From Promethearchaeota archaeon (GTDB lineage: Archaea; Asgardarchaeota; Lokiarchaeia; Sigyniarchaeales; SOKP01), in contig SDNW01000001.1 in the NCBI GenBank assembly GCA_004524725.1, positions 2,213-66,212 on the forward strand: DNA of 64,000 nucleotides, written 5' to 3'. Within the stretch, counting starts at the first letter, position 1. Each line of letters starts with the position of its first letter. The translations under genes and the position numbers were made by a program. Positions 45,617 to 53,822 of this stretch are shown one piece after another. Under the pieces are notes generated by a model. The model did no database searches, was not told the origin of the DNA, and saw only the letters and a program-made list of their open reading frames with translations.

Positions 45617-46703
45617 TCATCTGTGTTTTATCAAACGGGATGTATATATCATCTAATATCGACCCTGCTGCTTCCTTTAATCTTAGATTATCAATAATAG
45701 GCTTAAATTCTCCATCTAGTAGACCATTCGCTATAAAAGCTGCTCCTTGCGCGGCCCGTTTTGATAATTGACTATAGGTTTTCATAACACGTACGGGAGC
45801 GATATCTTTTAAATTTGAGATAATTTTTTCCCTAAGGAAGGTCAAGTTTGCCCCTCTTCCAGCTAATAAAATTTCACGTATATTGGTTCTATTACTAAAT
45901 GAAGAGGAGATAGCATAAACCGCTTTCTTTACACTTGATATATAGGCATCAAGAGCAACCTTAGTTTGTTCATCCCTCTCAGCCAAAAGCATAATTTCAT
46001 GTAAACTCAGATCTTCGTATCCTGCAATATAGGAGACTCCTCCCTTGTAGATATTCTTCTTTTTAATAGTTTTGATAAGGTATGCCAATTCTCCATCTAA
46101 ACTTCCACAAGCTTTAAATCCCATTATATTAGAACCTCCTATTCCATCAATTATTTGTCCATCTTCAATAGCTAATACTGCAGTGAATCCATAACCTATC
46201 TCTACCATGATGAAATTAGTATTTTGGGGTAATATTTGAAAAGTTTCCATTTGATCTCGAATACCTGTGACAGCAGTACAGAGTTTATCCGCTGTTCCCA
46301 TATCAATTTTATTAATTTTCCTATACCGGGGTATGGTTGGTAAATGTTTTACACCAGGAACAATTATTCCTGGAATTTTTTCTGCCTTAATTAGGCGTAA
46401 TACCTCTCCTAAGCCTATCAATTTTTCCTTCTCTTCTTTTTTAAACTTTAAAAGAGTATAATGAATATCTTTTTCAGTTAAATCATCAACATATTTTAAC
46501 GGAAGGCCAAAACCACTTGGTGCAACCATTAAATCTATATTTTTCACAGAATTTATTATGGTAATTGCTTTTTGAGGTTCTTTAATTAACTCTTGGGAGG
46601 GTATAGACGTATCAAGAATAATTTTATCATTATGTAATCCAAAAAAATCCCAGCTTAATGATCCCGGATCAATTCCAATAACGCGAAACATATGAATGTA
46701 CAA
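45603..46703 (-). CDS. ASKHA-fold (acetate/sugar kinase-Hsp70-actin superfamily) protein, DUF1464-like
   Basis: The phosphate-1 motif is VIGIDPGSLSWDF. Later Gly-rich segments are VEIGYGFTAV and ILLAGRGA. Its stop overlaps the downstream DHPS-like gene by 14 nt. Confidence 0.5.
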   Translation of the reverse strand: MYIHMFRVIGIDPGSLSWDFFGLHNDKIILDTSIPSQELIKEPQKAITIINSVKNIDLMVAPSGFGLPLKYVDDLTEKDIHYTLLKFKKEEKEKLIGLGEVLRLIKAEKIPGIIVPGVKHLPTIPRYRKINKIDMGTADKLCTAVTGIRDQMETFQILPQNTNFIMVEIGYGFTAVLAIEDGQIIDGIGGSNIMGFKACGSLDGELAYLIKTIKKKNIYKGGVSYIAGYEDLSLHEIMLLAERDEQTKVALDAYISSVKKAVYAISSSFSNRTNIREILLAGRGANLTFLREKIISNLKDIAPVRVMKTYSQLSKRAAQGAAFIANGLLDGEFKPIIDNLRLKEAAGSILDDIYIPFDKTQMSDFG

Positions 46704-46861
46704 TATTTCTTCTATACTTATTAGTTTATAATTATTGCTAAAGAAATTTAATCGACTTTTAGTTCATAGTGATTAAATATTAATAATCTAAAAAACTCCT
46801 TTCCAAAAATTCTAAAATTGAAATAAATTAAGCTATAATTAAACAAAGAAAGGTGTAAAAA

Positions 46862-47392
46862 ATTACTGTTGTAGATGTTTTTGTATGTAAAATTTGTGGA
46901 GAGGCATATATTGGAGAAAAAATCCCAACTCATTGTCCCTTTTGCGGAGCTCATAAAAAATATTTAGTAAAAGCTCGAGATTATGATGATACAGGAGCTT
47001 GGGAAGTAGATCTAAATGAAAAGGATAGAAAAAACGCAGAGAAAGCGTTAGAGGTTGAAATTTCTAATACTATATTCTACAAATGCGCAAGCAAAAAAAC
47101 CCCAAGTTTAGAAGGGCAGAAATTATTTAAAATATTGTCTAAAGTAGAAAATGAACATGCTTCGGTTTGGAAAAAAATTTTAAAATTAGATAAAATTGAG
47201 CTTCCAAAATATGATGCGTGTGCTTCTGAATACGTCCCGAATCTGGAAGAATCTCATTCTCGAGAAGAAAGAGCTATTAATTTCTACAAGCAAGCAGCAT
47301 CAGAATCTGCAAATCCTCGAGTACGAGAAATTTTTCAAGCTTTTGTAGAGGTAGAAACCGATCATCTCAAATTATCTGAAAAAAGACTTTAG
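46862..47392 (+). CDS. rubrerythrin-family diiron protein with N-terminal rubredoxin-like Cys4 finger
   Basis: The frame is open from 46859. VCKICGEAYIGEKIPTHCPFCGA is followed by ferritin-like ExxH motifs (ENEH, ETDH). The track reports only the C-terminal 85 aa from TTG 47135. ATT 46862 lies 6 nt after AGGTG. Confidence 0.65.
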   Translation: MTVVDVFVCKICGEAYIGEKIPTHCPFCGAHKKYLVKARDYDDTGAWEVDLNEKDRKNAEKALEVEISNTIFYKCASKKTPSLEGQKLFKILSKVENEHASVWKKILKLDKIELPKYDACASEYVPNLEESHSREERAINFYKQAASESANPRVREIFQAFVEVETDHLKLSEKRL

Positions 47393-47487
47393 AAAATCCA
47401 ACTATTTTTTTTATTTATTTTTACAATATTTTTAATTAACTAAGAAGAATATATTTAATTAATTCATTTTTTAAGCTGCAATTATCA

Positions 47488-48210
47488 ATGGAAGTACAAT
47501 ATCAAGATCTTGGGATTAAAGATGGTTATTTGTATGAAATAATAGCAACAACTATTTCTTTCAAGAATGATAAAAAAATCCCAAATGCTTCATGTATGGG
47601 AATAAGAATAACTAATAATAAGGTAATCATCAAACCCTATCATAATACTCAAACATATAAAAATTTAAAAGACAATTCTTTAATTTGTATCAATTTTGTG
47701 AAAGAAATTAGTTTATACACTTTAGCAGCTTTAAAGGGACCGTATCTTTCAAAGAAATACGAAAGATTCCCTCAGAAATATTATGAATATTATCACATAA
47801 AAAATAACAATAATAGCCTGAAAACTCTAAAAATAAATCAAATCCCTTACCTTAGAGACGCATGGGCAATAATTATTTGTAGAACAAAAAAATCAATAAA
47901 AATTGATAAAGAGGACGTATTTGGGCCTGTCAATCTCACTGAATTTGAATTAGAAATGCTTTCTATAGTAAAGTTAAAAGATTCATTCAAACTTTTTAAT
48001 AGAGCCGAGAATTTAACATTAGAAACACTAATTTTAACGACTAGGCTTAAAATAGCCTTTGAAAAAAATGACTATGATCTAGTGAAGGATTATCAAAGTA
48101 AAATTGATAACGGTATTAAAGAAATTATCCACTTCAATAATAATTTAGAAGTATCTAAATCAATAAATCTTATTCAAGAGTATATTAGAAATTTAAAATT
48201 GGAATTTTAA
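47488..48210 (+). CDS. hypothetical protein, possibly DUF447-like (flavin-reductase-like fold seen in methanopterin gene clusters)
   Basis: The N-terminus GYLYEIIATTISFKN...PNASCMGIRI resembles DUF447. The context lies next to mptD and the RFAP synthase gene. The assignment is weak. Confidence 0.4.
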   Translation: MEVQYQDLGIKDGYLYEIIATTISFKNDKKIPNASCMGIRITNNKVIIKPYHNTQTYKNLKDNSLICINFVKEISLYTLAALKGPYLSKKYERFPQKYYEYYHIKNNNNSLKTLKINQIPYLRDAWAIIICRTKKSIKIDKEDVFGPVNLTEFELEMLSIVKLKDSFKLFNRAENLTLETLILTTRLKIAFEKNDYDLVKDYQSKIDNGIKEIIHFNNNLEVSKSINLIQEYIRNLKLEF

Positions 48211-48584
48211 GATATTTGTTCGATATACATAAGTGGATAATTTATATCTTCAATCCATTTTATCTTAGCTTTAACTTTTACTGATTCATATTCTAAATCA
48301 ATTTCTGCGTTAATAATTTCCCCCGATATATCATCGTAGGCAAATTCAGTTTTTTTATCTCCAATAATCTTGGCTTTATTAAGAAAAATTCTTACATTTT
48401 TTACATATGGTTGGCAAGAAATAGAAGCTTGAATCCCTTTCTCAATAGATTTTATGATATCATCATTTGAAGAGATCGGAATACCGCATAAAATATGATA
48501 AAGCGCTCCCAGCTTGATTCCCACTTCAAAGCAAGCTCTTTCTCTTTTAGAAAGATTTGCAGGAAAAAAGTTGTCTATTGACAT
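48207..48584 (-). CDS. mptD: archaeal-type 7,8-dihydroneopterin aldolase (MptD family), tentative
   Basis: The 125-aa protein has RERACFEVGIKLGALYHILCGIP, which resembles the conserved core of the archaeal DHNA family. It shows TAATG coupling with the upstream RFAP synthase gene. Confidence 0.55.
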   Translation of the reverse strand: MSIDNFFPANLSKRERACFEVGIKLGALYHILCGIPISSNDDIIKSIEKGIQASISCQPYVKNVRIFLNKAKIIGDKKTEFAYDDISGEIINAEIDLEYESVKVKAKIKWIEDINYPLMYIEQIS

Positions 48585-49645
48585 TAATCATCATCCAAAT
48601 ATTCGATTTTAGCCCCAAAATTGTTTGGCTTACAAATATATATGTGCCCTCCAGAACCACTTATCAGTTTTTGAACTTCTTTTAGTAATGCATTAGCCTC
48701 TTCATCTGATTCTGTTATTGCAACAACACTGGGTCCAAATGAAGACATGCCATAGGCTTTAACGTCACAGTCCTCAAAGAAATTCAAAATTTCTTTGACT
48801 ATTTCGTGTTGAAGATCAATTTCAATTCTTTTAAATCCAATAGATTGAATTCTTTTTAATCCTTCTCCAAAACAAACAATATCATTTTTAAGAATTCCAG
48901 GTATAATTTTCATTAATATTTGATGAGAGACCTCGTTTACTTCATTTTTAGGAATTGGAGCATGACTTTGGAAGATACTTACCTCCTCATCCCCGTACGC
49001 TCCTTTTTCCACATTAGGAATTACTAACACAAAACGCCAATGTTCCGGAATTGGATAGCTAAATAAAGTAAGGGCAGGATCCGCAGATGTGGAAGCAGAG
49101 GATGGCAGAAAAGTTTCTTTTTCTTTTCCAATCCCAAATTCATGGCCTCCATCGACAATGAATCCCCCACTCTCAAATCCTCTCCAACCTATACCCGAAG
49201 TACCACCACGTTCCATAAGTTTTGTTAACTTTTTTATTGAAATGTCATCAATTTGCTTTAATTTCATAATTGCAGTAGCAATTGCAAGCGATAATTGAGT
49301 TTTAGAACCTAATCCTACATGGCTTGGATAGTATCGTTTTAAAGAAAAATGAAAGTTTTTATTACTAATGTTAAAGGTTTTAAACACTTTAGAAGCTTTT
49401 TCATTGATAACTTCTATCGATTCCTTATAATATTTATGAGCCTCAATTTTAAATTCCTCAGCGTGATTTGAGGCTTCGAATACAACATTAGGGCGGTCTA
49501 ACATTAACCCAATGCCCCCATCGATTCTATTTGTGTAGCCATTCTCATCTATTAAGGATAGATGTATCCGACAGGGCGTTGTTATCCTTATTTTCATACT
49601 TATTATATAAGATAATTTTAAAGCTAAGATTATGAATTCTTTCAA
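48584..49645 (-). CDS. mptG: beta-ribofuranosylaminobenzene 5'-phosphate (beta-RFAP) synthase, GHMP-kinase fold
   Basis: RITTPCRIHLSLIDENGYTNRIDGGIGLMLDRP and GLGSKTQLSLA match my recollection of the beta-RFAP synthase family, which catalyses the first committed step of methanopterin biosynthesis. Confidence 0.7.
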   Translation of the reverse strand: MKEFIILALKLSYIISMKIRITTPCRIHLSLIDENGYTNRIDGGIGLMLDRPNVVFEASNHAEEFKIEAHKYYKESIEVINEKASKVFKTFNISNKNFHFSLKRYYPSHVGLGSKTQLSLAIATAIMKLKQIDDISIKKLTKLMERGGTSGIGWRGFESGGFIVDGGHEFGIGKEKETFLPSSASTSADPALTLFSYPIPEHWRFVLVIPNVEKGAYGDEEVSIFQSHAPIPKNEVNEVSHQILMKIIPGILKNDIVCFGEGLKRIQSIGFKRIEIDLQHEIVKEILNFFEDCDVKAYGMSSFGPSVVAITESDEEANALLKEVQKLISGSGGHIYICKPNNFGAKIEYLDDD

Positions 49646-49719
49646 TAATATAAACTTAATATATCAATATTTCTCAAAATATTGAGCGTTCTAAAAAAAT
49701 AGAAAAAAAAATAACAAAA

Positions 49720-50760
49720 TTATTTATAATTCTTTATTTTGATAATTCGATAAATATCCTCTATAGAAGTCAAACCCGCGATTATAGCAATAAAAATCAT
49801 CAGATTCCTTAATAATTCATAAAATTCGACACTAACTCCTTCATTTATCCACATGCCAGAAAATTCATCATAGTTAAACCATGGAAATATTTGTGGATTG
49901 AGAGCTAAAATGATTATAAACGGGATTACTGCGAATTTTAAAATAATCGTAATGCCATGAATTAGTTGATGGGTAGAGGGTTTATAGTTCCCAATTATTC
50001 CTCTGGAGATATCTAAGGCACTTTCTATGGTTAAAAACACACCGATTATTCGAATAATGAGACTAAATAACGGATCAAGTAATCCAACGAAAATTGGTTG
50101 AGTCATGAAGAAAATACCTACTATTAAGCCTATACCTCCACCAATAATTTCTTCCAATGGTTTAATGAAAGGTTTAAGTGGTTTTCCAGTTCTTTTCGAA
50201 ACGGGGTATCCCTCTGCACGAGCTTTCTCCATAAGTATTTTTTCCTTTTTTAATTCCTTTTTTGATTTAAAGTCTTCGGGAAAGTATCCTTCCATTGAAA
50301 GCACCACGAAAATAATGCTAATTACGGCAAAAGAACCTAAAAGCCCTAGTTGAATCCCTGATACTAGATTAGCAATTATAGTTCCAAATGATGGATTTTC
50401 GAAAAAGATACTCACAATCATCGCTATGACATTTAATAAAATTATTATAGCAAATACAATTGTTAATACTCGAAGATAGAGGGGCCACATTTCCTTCGTG
50501 ATGTAAACATGAGGTGTACCTCGTTGTTTATACTCTTTAGCAATAGCTTTCGGAGTTCCCATATGTTCAATAGCATCTTGTATCGACTTTGATGTAATCT
50601 CTCCTGTGTTTGATAATTCTTTAGCTTTTTCACGCAAATGCTCTTCAAGATCGGCTAATATTTCCTTATGTTCTTTCTTGTCTTTCAACCATTCAGGAAG
50701 AGCCTTTTTTACTTCCTTAAGATATTCTTTTATTATATTTTCACTTTCCAAATCACTCAT
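49720..50760 (-). CDS. membrane protein with N-terminal DUF1700/HAAS-like helical domain (PadR-associated sensor/anchor)
   Basis: The N-terminus is IIKEYLKEVKKALPEWLKDKKEHKEILADLEEHLREKA...MGTPKAIAKEY, followed by ~6 TM helices. It overlaps the upstream PadR gene by 8 nt. Confidence 0.55.
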   Translation of the reverse strand: MSDLESENIIKEYLKEVKKALPEWLKDKKEHKEILADLEEHLREKAKELSNTGEITSKSIQDAIEHMGTPKAIAKEYKQRGTPHVYITKEMWPLYLRVLTIVFAIIILLNVIAMIVSIFFENPSFGTIIANLVSGIQLGLLGSFAVISIIFVVLSMEGYFPEDFKSKKELKKEKILMEKARAEGYPVSKRTGKPLKPFIKPLEEIIGGGIGLIVGIFFMTQPIFVGLLDPLFSLIIRIIGVFLTIESALDISRGIIGNYKPSTHQLIHGITIILKFAVIPFIIILALNPQIFPWFNYDEFSGMWINEGVSVEFYELLRNLMIFIAIIAGLTSIEDIYRIIKIKNYK

Positions 50761-51274
50761 CTAAAAAACCTCTTGATTTTAATTCAAGATCAATCTGATG
50801 TCCACATACATCGCAGAAGCTGATATCTTTAATAGATAGATCAATTTTGTTAGCACAATTAGGACAATAAAAGTATTGATCTCTTTTAAGTTTCACATTT
50901 ACATCGAATAATGGTGCAATTGCTTCAGTAAGCTTAGAAAAGAATCCGGATAAGAAATTAAAAACTTTCTTCCCTTTTTCAGTAATGAAGTAAAATTTTC
51001 TTTTTCTCCCTGTTTTTTCTCGTTCGGCTTTTATTAATTCATCATCTTCTAGTTTTCTTAAAATAGGATAAAGTGTACCCTCTTCAATGATTAAAATTTC
51101 ATTTGTCTGTTCCTGTAAGTCTTTAGAAATCTGATACCCATGTACTCCCTCATCACCATATTGATTGATGATTGACATAATACATAATGTCGATATTCCA
51201 CGATTGATCTCCGATTCGAATTTTGATGCATAATCCATAAATTCGGGATCAAATCCTTTTACTCGTTTTATCAT
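50753..51274 (-). CDS. PadR-family winged-HTH regulator with C-terminal zinc ribbon
   Basis: LCIMSIINQYGDEGVHGYQISKDL...EEGTLYPILRKLEDDELIKAE is the PadR signature. The C-terminus has CPNC-x15-CDVCG. Confidence 0.8.
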   Translation of the reverse strand: MIKRVKGFDPEFMDYASKFESEINRGISTLCIMSIINQYGDEGVHGYQISKDLQEQTNEILIIEEGTLYPILRKLEDDELIKAEREKTGRKRKFYFITEKGKKVFNFLSGFFSKLTEAIAPLFDVNVKLKRDQYFYCPNCANKIDLSIKDISFCDVCGHQIDLELKSRGFLDE

Positions 51275-51477
51275 AGTTTTTTCCTTTTTGTTCAGTTTTA
51301 TTTTGATTTAAATGTGAATAGTATTTTTTCAATACTATACTAAGCATAGTATGGGATGAATCATATTTAAAGCTTTGGATCACCACTAAATAGATTAAAA
51401 TTTCTATTACATAATTACTACTATTTTCTCCGATTTTTTGTATTTTAAAAATAAAATTTATTACATTTTGAACCCTA

Positions 51478-52317
51478 ATGATTCTTAGAATAATAATGCA
51501 AATCTCTGCTGAACTTACCAAAAAGCTTGATCTGCTAAAATCATTTTTAAAAGAGAAAAAAATTATTGTTGCTTTCTCTGGAGGAGTGGATAGTAGTCTT
51601 TTAGCGTATCTTTCAAATCGATTTGCTAGTCAAACATTATTATTGACCGCAAAATCTATTTTAAATCCTATTGATGAAATTGAAGGCGCAAAGCAATTCG
51701 CTGATAAATTTAAAATACCTTATCGAGAAATTATTGTAAATCCTTTAAGAAATGAAGATTTTGTAAGAAATCCTAAAGATAGATGTTATATTTGTAAAAA
51801 AGAATTGTTCTCAAAATTTGTTGAGATTAAGCAAGATGAAAACTATGATATTGTAATTGATGGTTCCAATGTGGATGATCTAGTTGACTTCAGACCAGGG
51901 ATTAAAGCATTAGAAGAACTAAGAATAGTATCTCCATATATATCCTTGGATATAAATAAACAAGATATCCGAGATTTAAGTCAATACTTTAATTTAGAAA
52001 CATATTCAAAAACTTCAGAAGCATGTTTAGCTTCTAGAATACCTTATAGTCAGAAAATCAGTGAAGAAAAACTTCATATGATTAGTAAAGCCGAAAAATT
52101 TTTGAAAAAGCAATTTAACTTAACCCAATTACGAGTTAGATACCATGAGGATCGATTAGCAAGGATTGAGTTACTCTCCAATGAAATTTCAAAGATCTTG
52201 AACCAAAAAAGCCTGATAGAAATTAGAGAAAAATTGAAAGAATTAGGTTTCGTTTATGTTACAATTGATGTTGAGGGCTTTCGATCTGGCTCCTTAAATG
52301 AGACATTGAATCAATGA
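51478..52317 (+). CDS. PP-loop ATP pyrophosphatase of the LarE/TIGR00268 type
   Basis: It has the PP-loop VAFSGGVDSS, RCYICKK and EACLASRIPY, the position of the LarE sulfur-donating Cys. The start may be ATG 51496. Confidence 0.7.
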   Translation: MILRIIMQISAELTKKLDLLKSFLKEKKIIVAFSGGVDSSLLAYLSNRFASQTLLLTAKSILNPIDEIEGAKQFADKFKIPYREIIVNPLRNEDFVRNPKDRCYICKKELFSKFVEIKQDENYDIVIDGSNVDDLVDFRPGIKALEELRIVSPYISLDINKQDIRDLSQYFNLETYSKTSEACLASRIPYSQKISEEKLHMISKAEKFLKKQFNLTQLRVRYHEDRLARIELLSNEISKILNQKSLIEIREKLKELGFVYVTIDVEGFRSGSLNETLNQ

Positions 52318-53690
52318 GTGTTTATATATTTGATTATCTCTTTTCTTTTAATTAAAGCTTGTTCTGCGGCATGTTCGATACGTTCTTCCATATGTTTAAT
52401 TATATTAGGTGTTTCTTCACCAATTTCTTTTTTAATTTTAGTATAGGCTGATTCGCGAAATCTTGGTAAGATATCCTTTTTAATATTATCCTTGAAAATC
52501 AAGGATATTTGTTTTGAGTTATCAACAAATCCAATTTCAGCACATTTAATATCGTTGCTATTTAAATCTTGAATTATTTCTTCAGCATATTGCTCAGGGC
52601 AATATATCAAAAGTGCATCTAAGGAAACGCCAAGATAATCAACTCCAACGGCTTCTAACATTTTTAAAACTTTCGAATTGACTAAATTTCTTACTTGCTC
52701 TTCGTAAATAGTAACTCCACAATTCGCTTCATAATTAATTTCCCATAGATCTCCTCTCAAACCTCCATTCGTGACATCACACATCGCATGAATGTGATCC
52801 TTATAATCCGAATTAAGGATTAATTTACACGCTTTCAGGAACTTAATATTCATAGTTTCATTCACAACTTCATGATTTCCAGAATAAATAGCAGTAGTAG
52901 ATATTGTACCTCCACCAGCACCCTCAGTAAGAATTACTTTATCTCCTGGTTTTATATTTCTTCTTGCTAAAACGTTTTTTGTTTTACCCACTGCCGCAAT
53001 CCCTCCCACCAACCTATTCCCTATGACCATATCACCTCCTATTCTAAGAGTGGAACCTGCCGTTATAGGAACTTCTGCTAATTCTGAAATTGTAGATACA
53101 CCTGCCATAAAATCAAATAATTTCCCTACATCCGCATCATCACCTAAGTGTACATCCACCATCAATGAGATTGGTTTTGCTCCTTTTACATAAAGATCCC
53201 TTAAACAAGCTCGTGCGACATGAAAGCCACATATGAAAGGAAAATCACTTAAACGACTATGAATACCTTCCATTTTTGAAACGATGATTAAATCATCATT
53301 TTTATTTTCAGATATTTCCAATTTAACTGCTCCTGCATCATCAAGAGAACTAGGCGATAAGAAAGCCTTTTTATCCGTTTCAGCCAAGTTTGCAACTAGT
53401 TTGTGAACAAAAAAGTCTCCTGCACCTCTACATCCAACGCCTTGCTTTCCAACGGAAACATCAGCCTTTTTTATAGCTAACAAATCTTTTATGAAAGAAT
53501 TTGGGAGTATTGCAATATCGCTTTTTATGCATTCTTCAAATACTGCATTAGCTAATCGATTCGCTGTGTCTTTATCGATATCTTTAAAATCAAGATATTC
53601 TTGAACTAATCTTTGAGTAATTTCTTGCCGAGTTTTACCTTTTTCAATTAATTTTCTTGTTAACCCTTCTAGATCACTCAATTTACTCAC
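52311..53690 (-). CDS. AIR-synthase-related (PurM/ThiL/HypE superfamily) protein
   Basis: PurM-like N-domain elements are DDAGAV and HLGDDADVG. C-domain elements are DVTNGGLRGDL. An extra ~70-aa N-terminal helical region is present. Confidence 0.6.
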   Translation of the reverse strand: MSKLSDLEGLTRKLIEKGKTRQEITQRLVQEYLDFKDIDKDTANRLANAVFEECIKSDIAILPNSFIKDLLAIKKADVSVGKQGVGCRGAGDFFVHKLVANLAETDKKAFLSPSSLDDAGAVKLEISENKNDDLIIVSKMEGIHSRLSDFPFICGFHVARACLRDLYVKGAKPISLMVDVHLGDDADVGKLFDFMAGVSTISELAEVPITAGSTLRIGGDMVIGNRLVGGIAAVGKTKNVLARRNIKPGDKVILTEGAGGGTISTTAIYSGNHEVVNETMNIKFLKACKLILNSDYKDHIHAMCDVTNGGLRGDLWEINYEANCGVTIYEEQVRNLVNSKVLKMLEAVGVDYLGVSLDALLIYCPEQYAEEIIQDLNSNDIKCAEIGFVDNSKQISLIFKDNIKKDILPRFRESAYTKIKKEIGEETPNIIKHMEERIEHAAEQALIKRKEIIKYINTH

Positions 53691-53822
53691 TTTTTGTTTT
53701 TAATTCCTCTAACATAAGAAATTACTTTACCTTTTATTTAATTATCATAAGAAAAAATAGTTTATGGACAGTTATTTTTATTAAAAAAAGGAAAAAAAAT
53801 GCAAGTTAATGAAATATTTTAA

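Noticed and set aside
45603-46703. Possible Asgard actin (lokiactin) because of the ASKHA phosphate-1 motif
   Set aside because: Beyond GIDPGS there is no actin-like signature, and neither the length nor the motif spacing fits. It resembles the archaeal DUF1464 kinase-like group and is coupled to a pterin gene.
46748-46954. 68-aa minus-strand ORF
   Set aside because: It overlaps the rubredoxin-like N-terminus of the rubrerythrin gene, which has clear Cys4 and diiron motifs on the plus strand.
48207-48210. 4-nt overlap of convergent genes (47488..48210 plus strand, 48207..48584 minus strand) as a regulatory feature
   Set aside because: The palindromic TTAA simply provides both stop codons (TAA on each strand). 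This is common in compact genomes and does not by itself indicate regulation.
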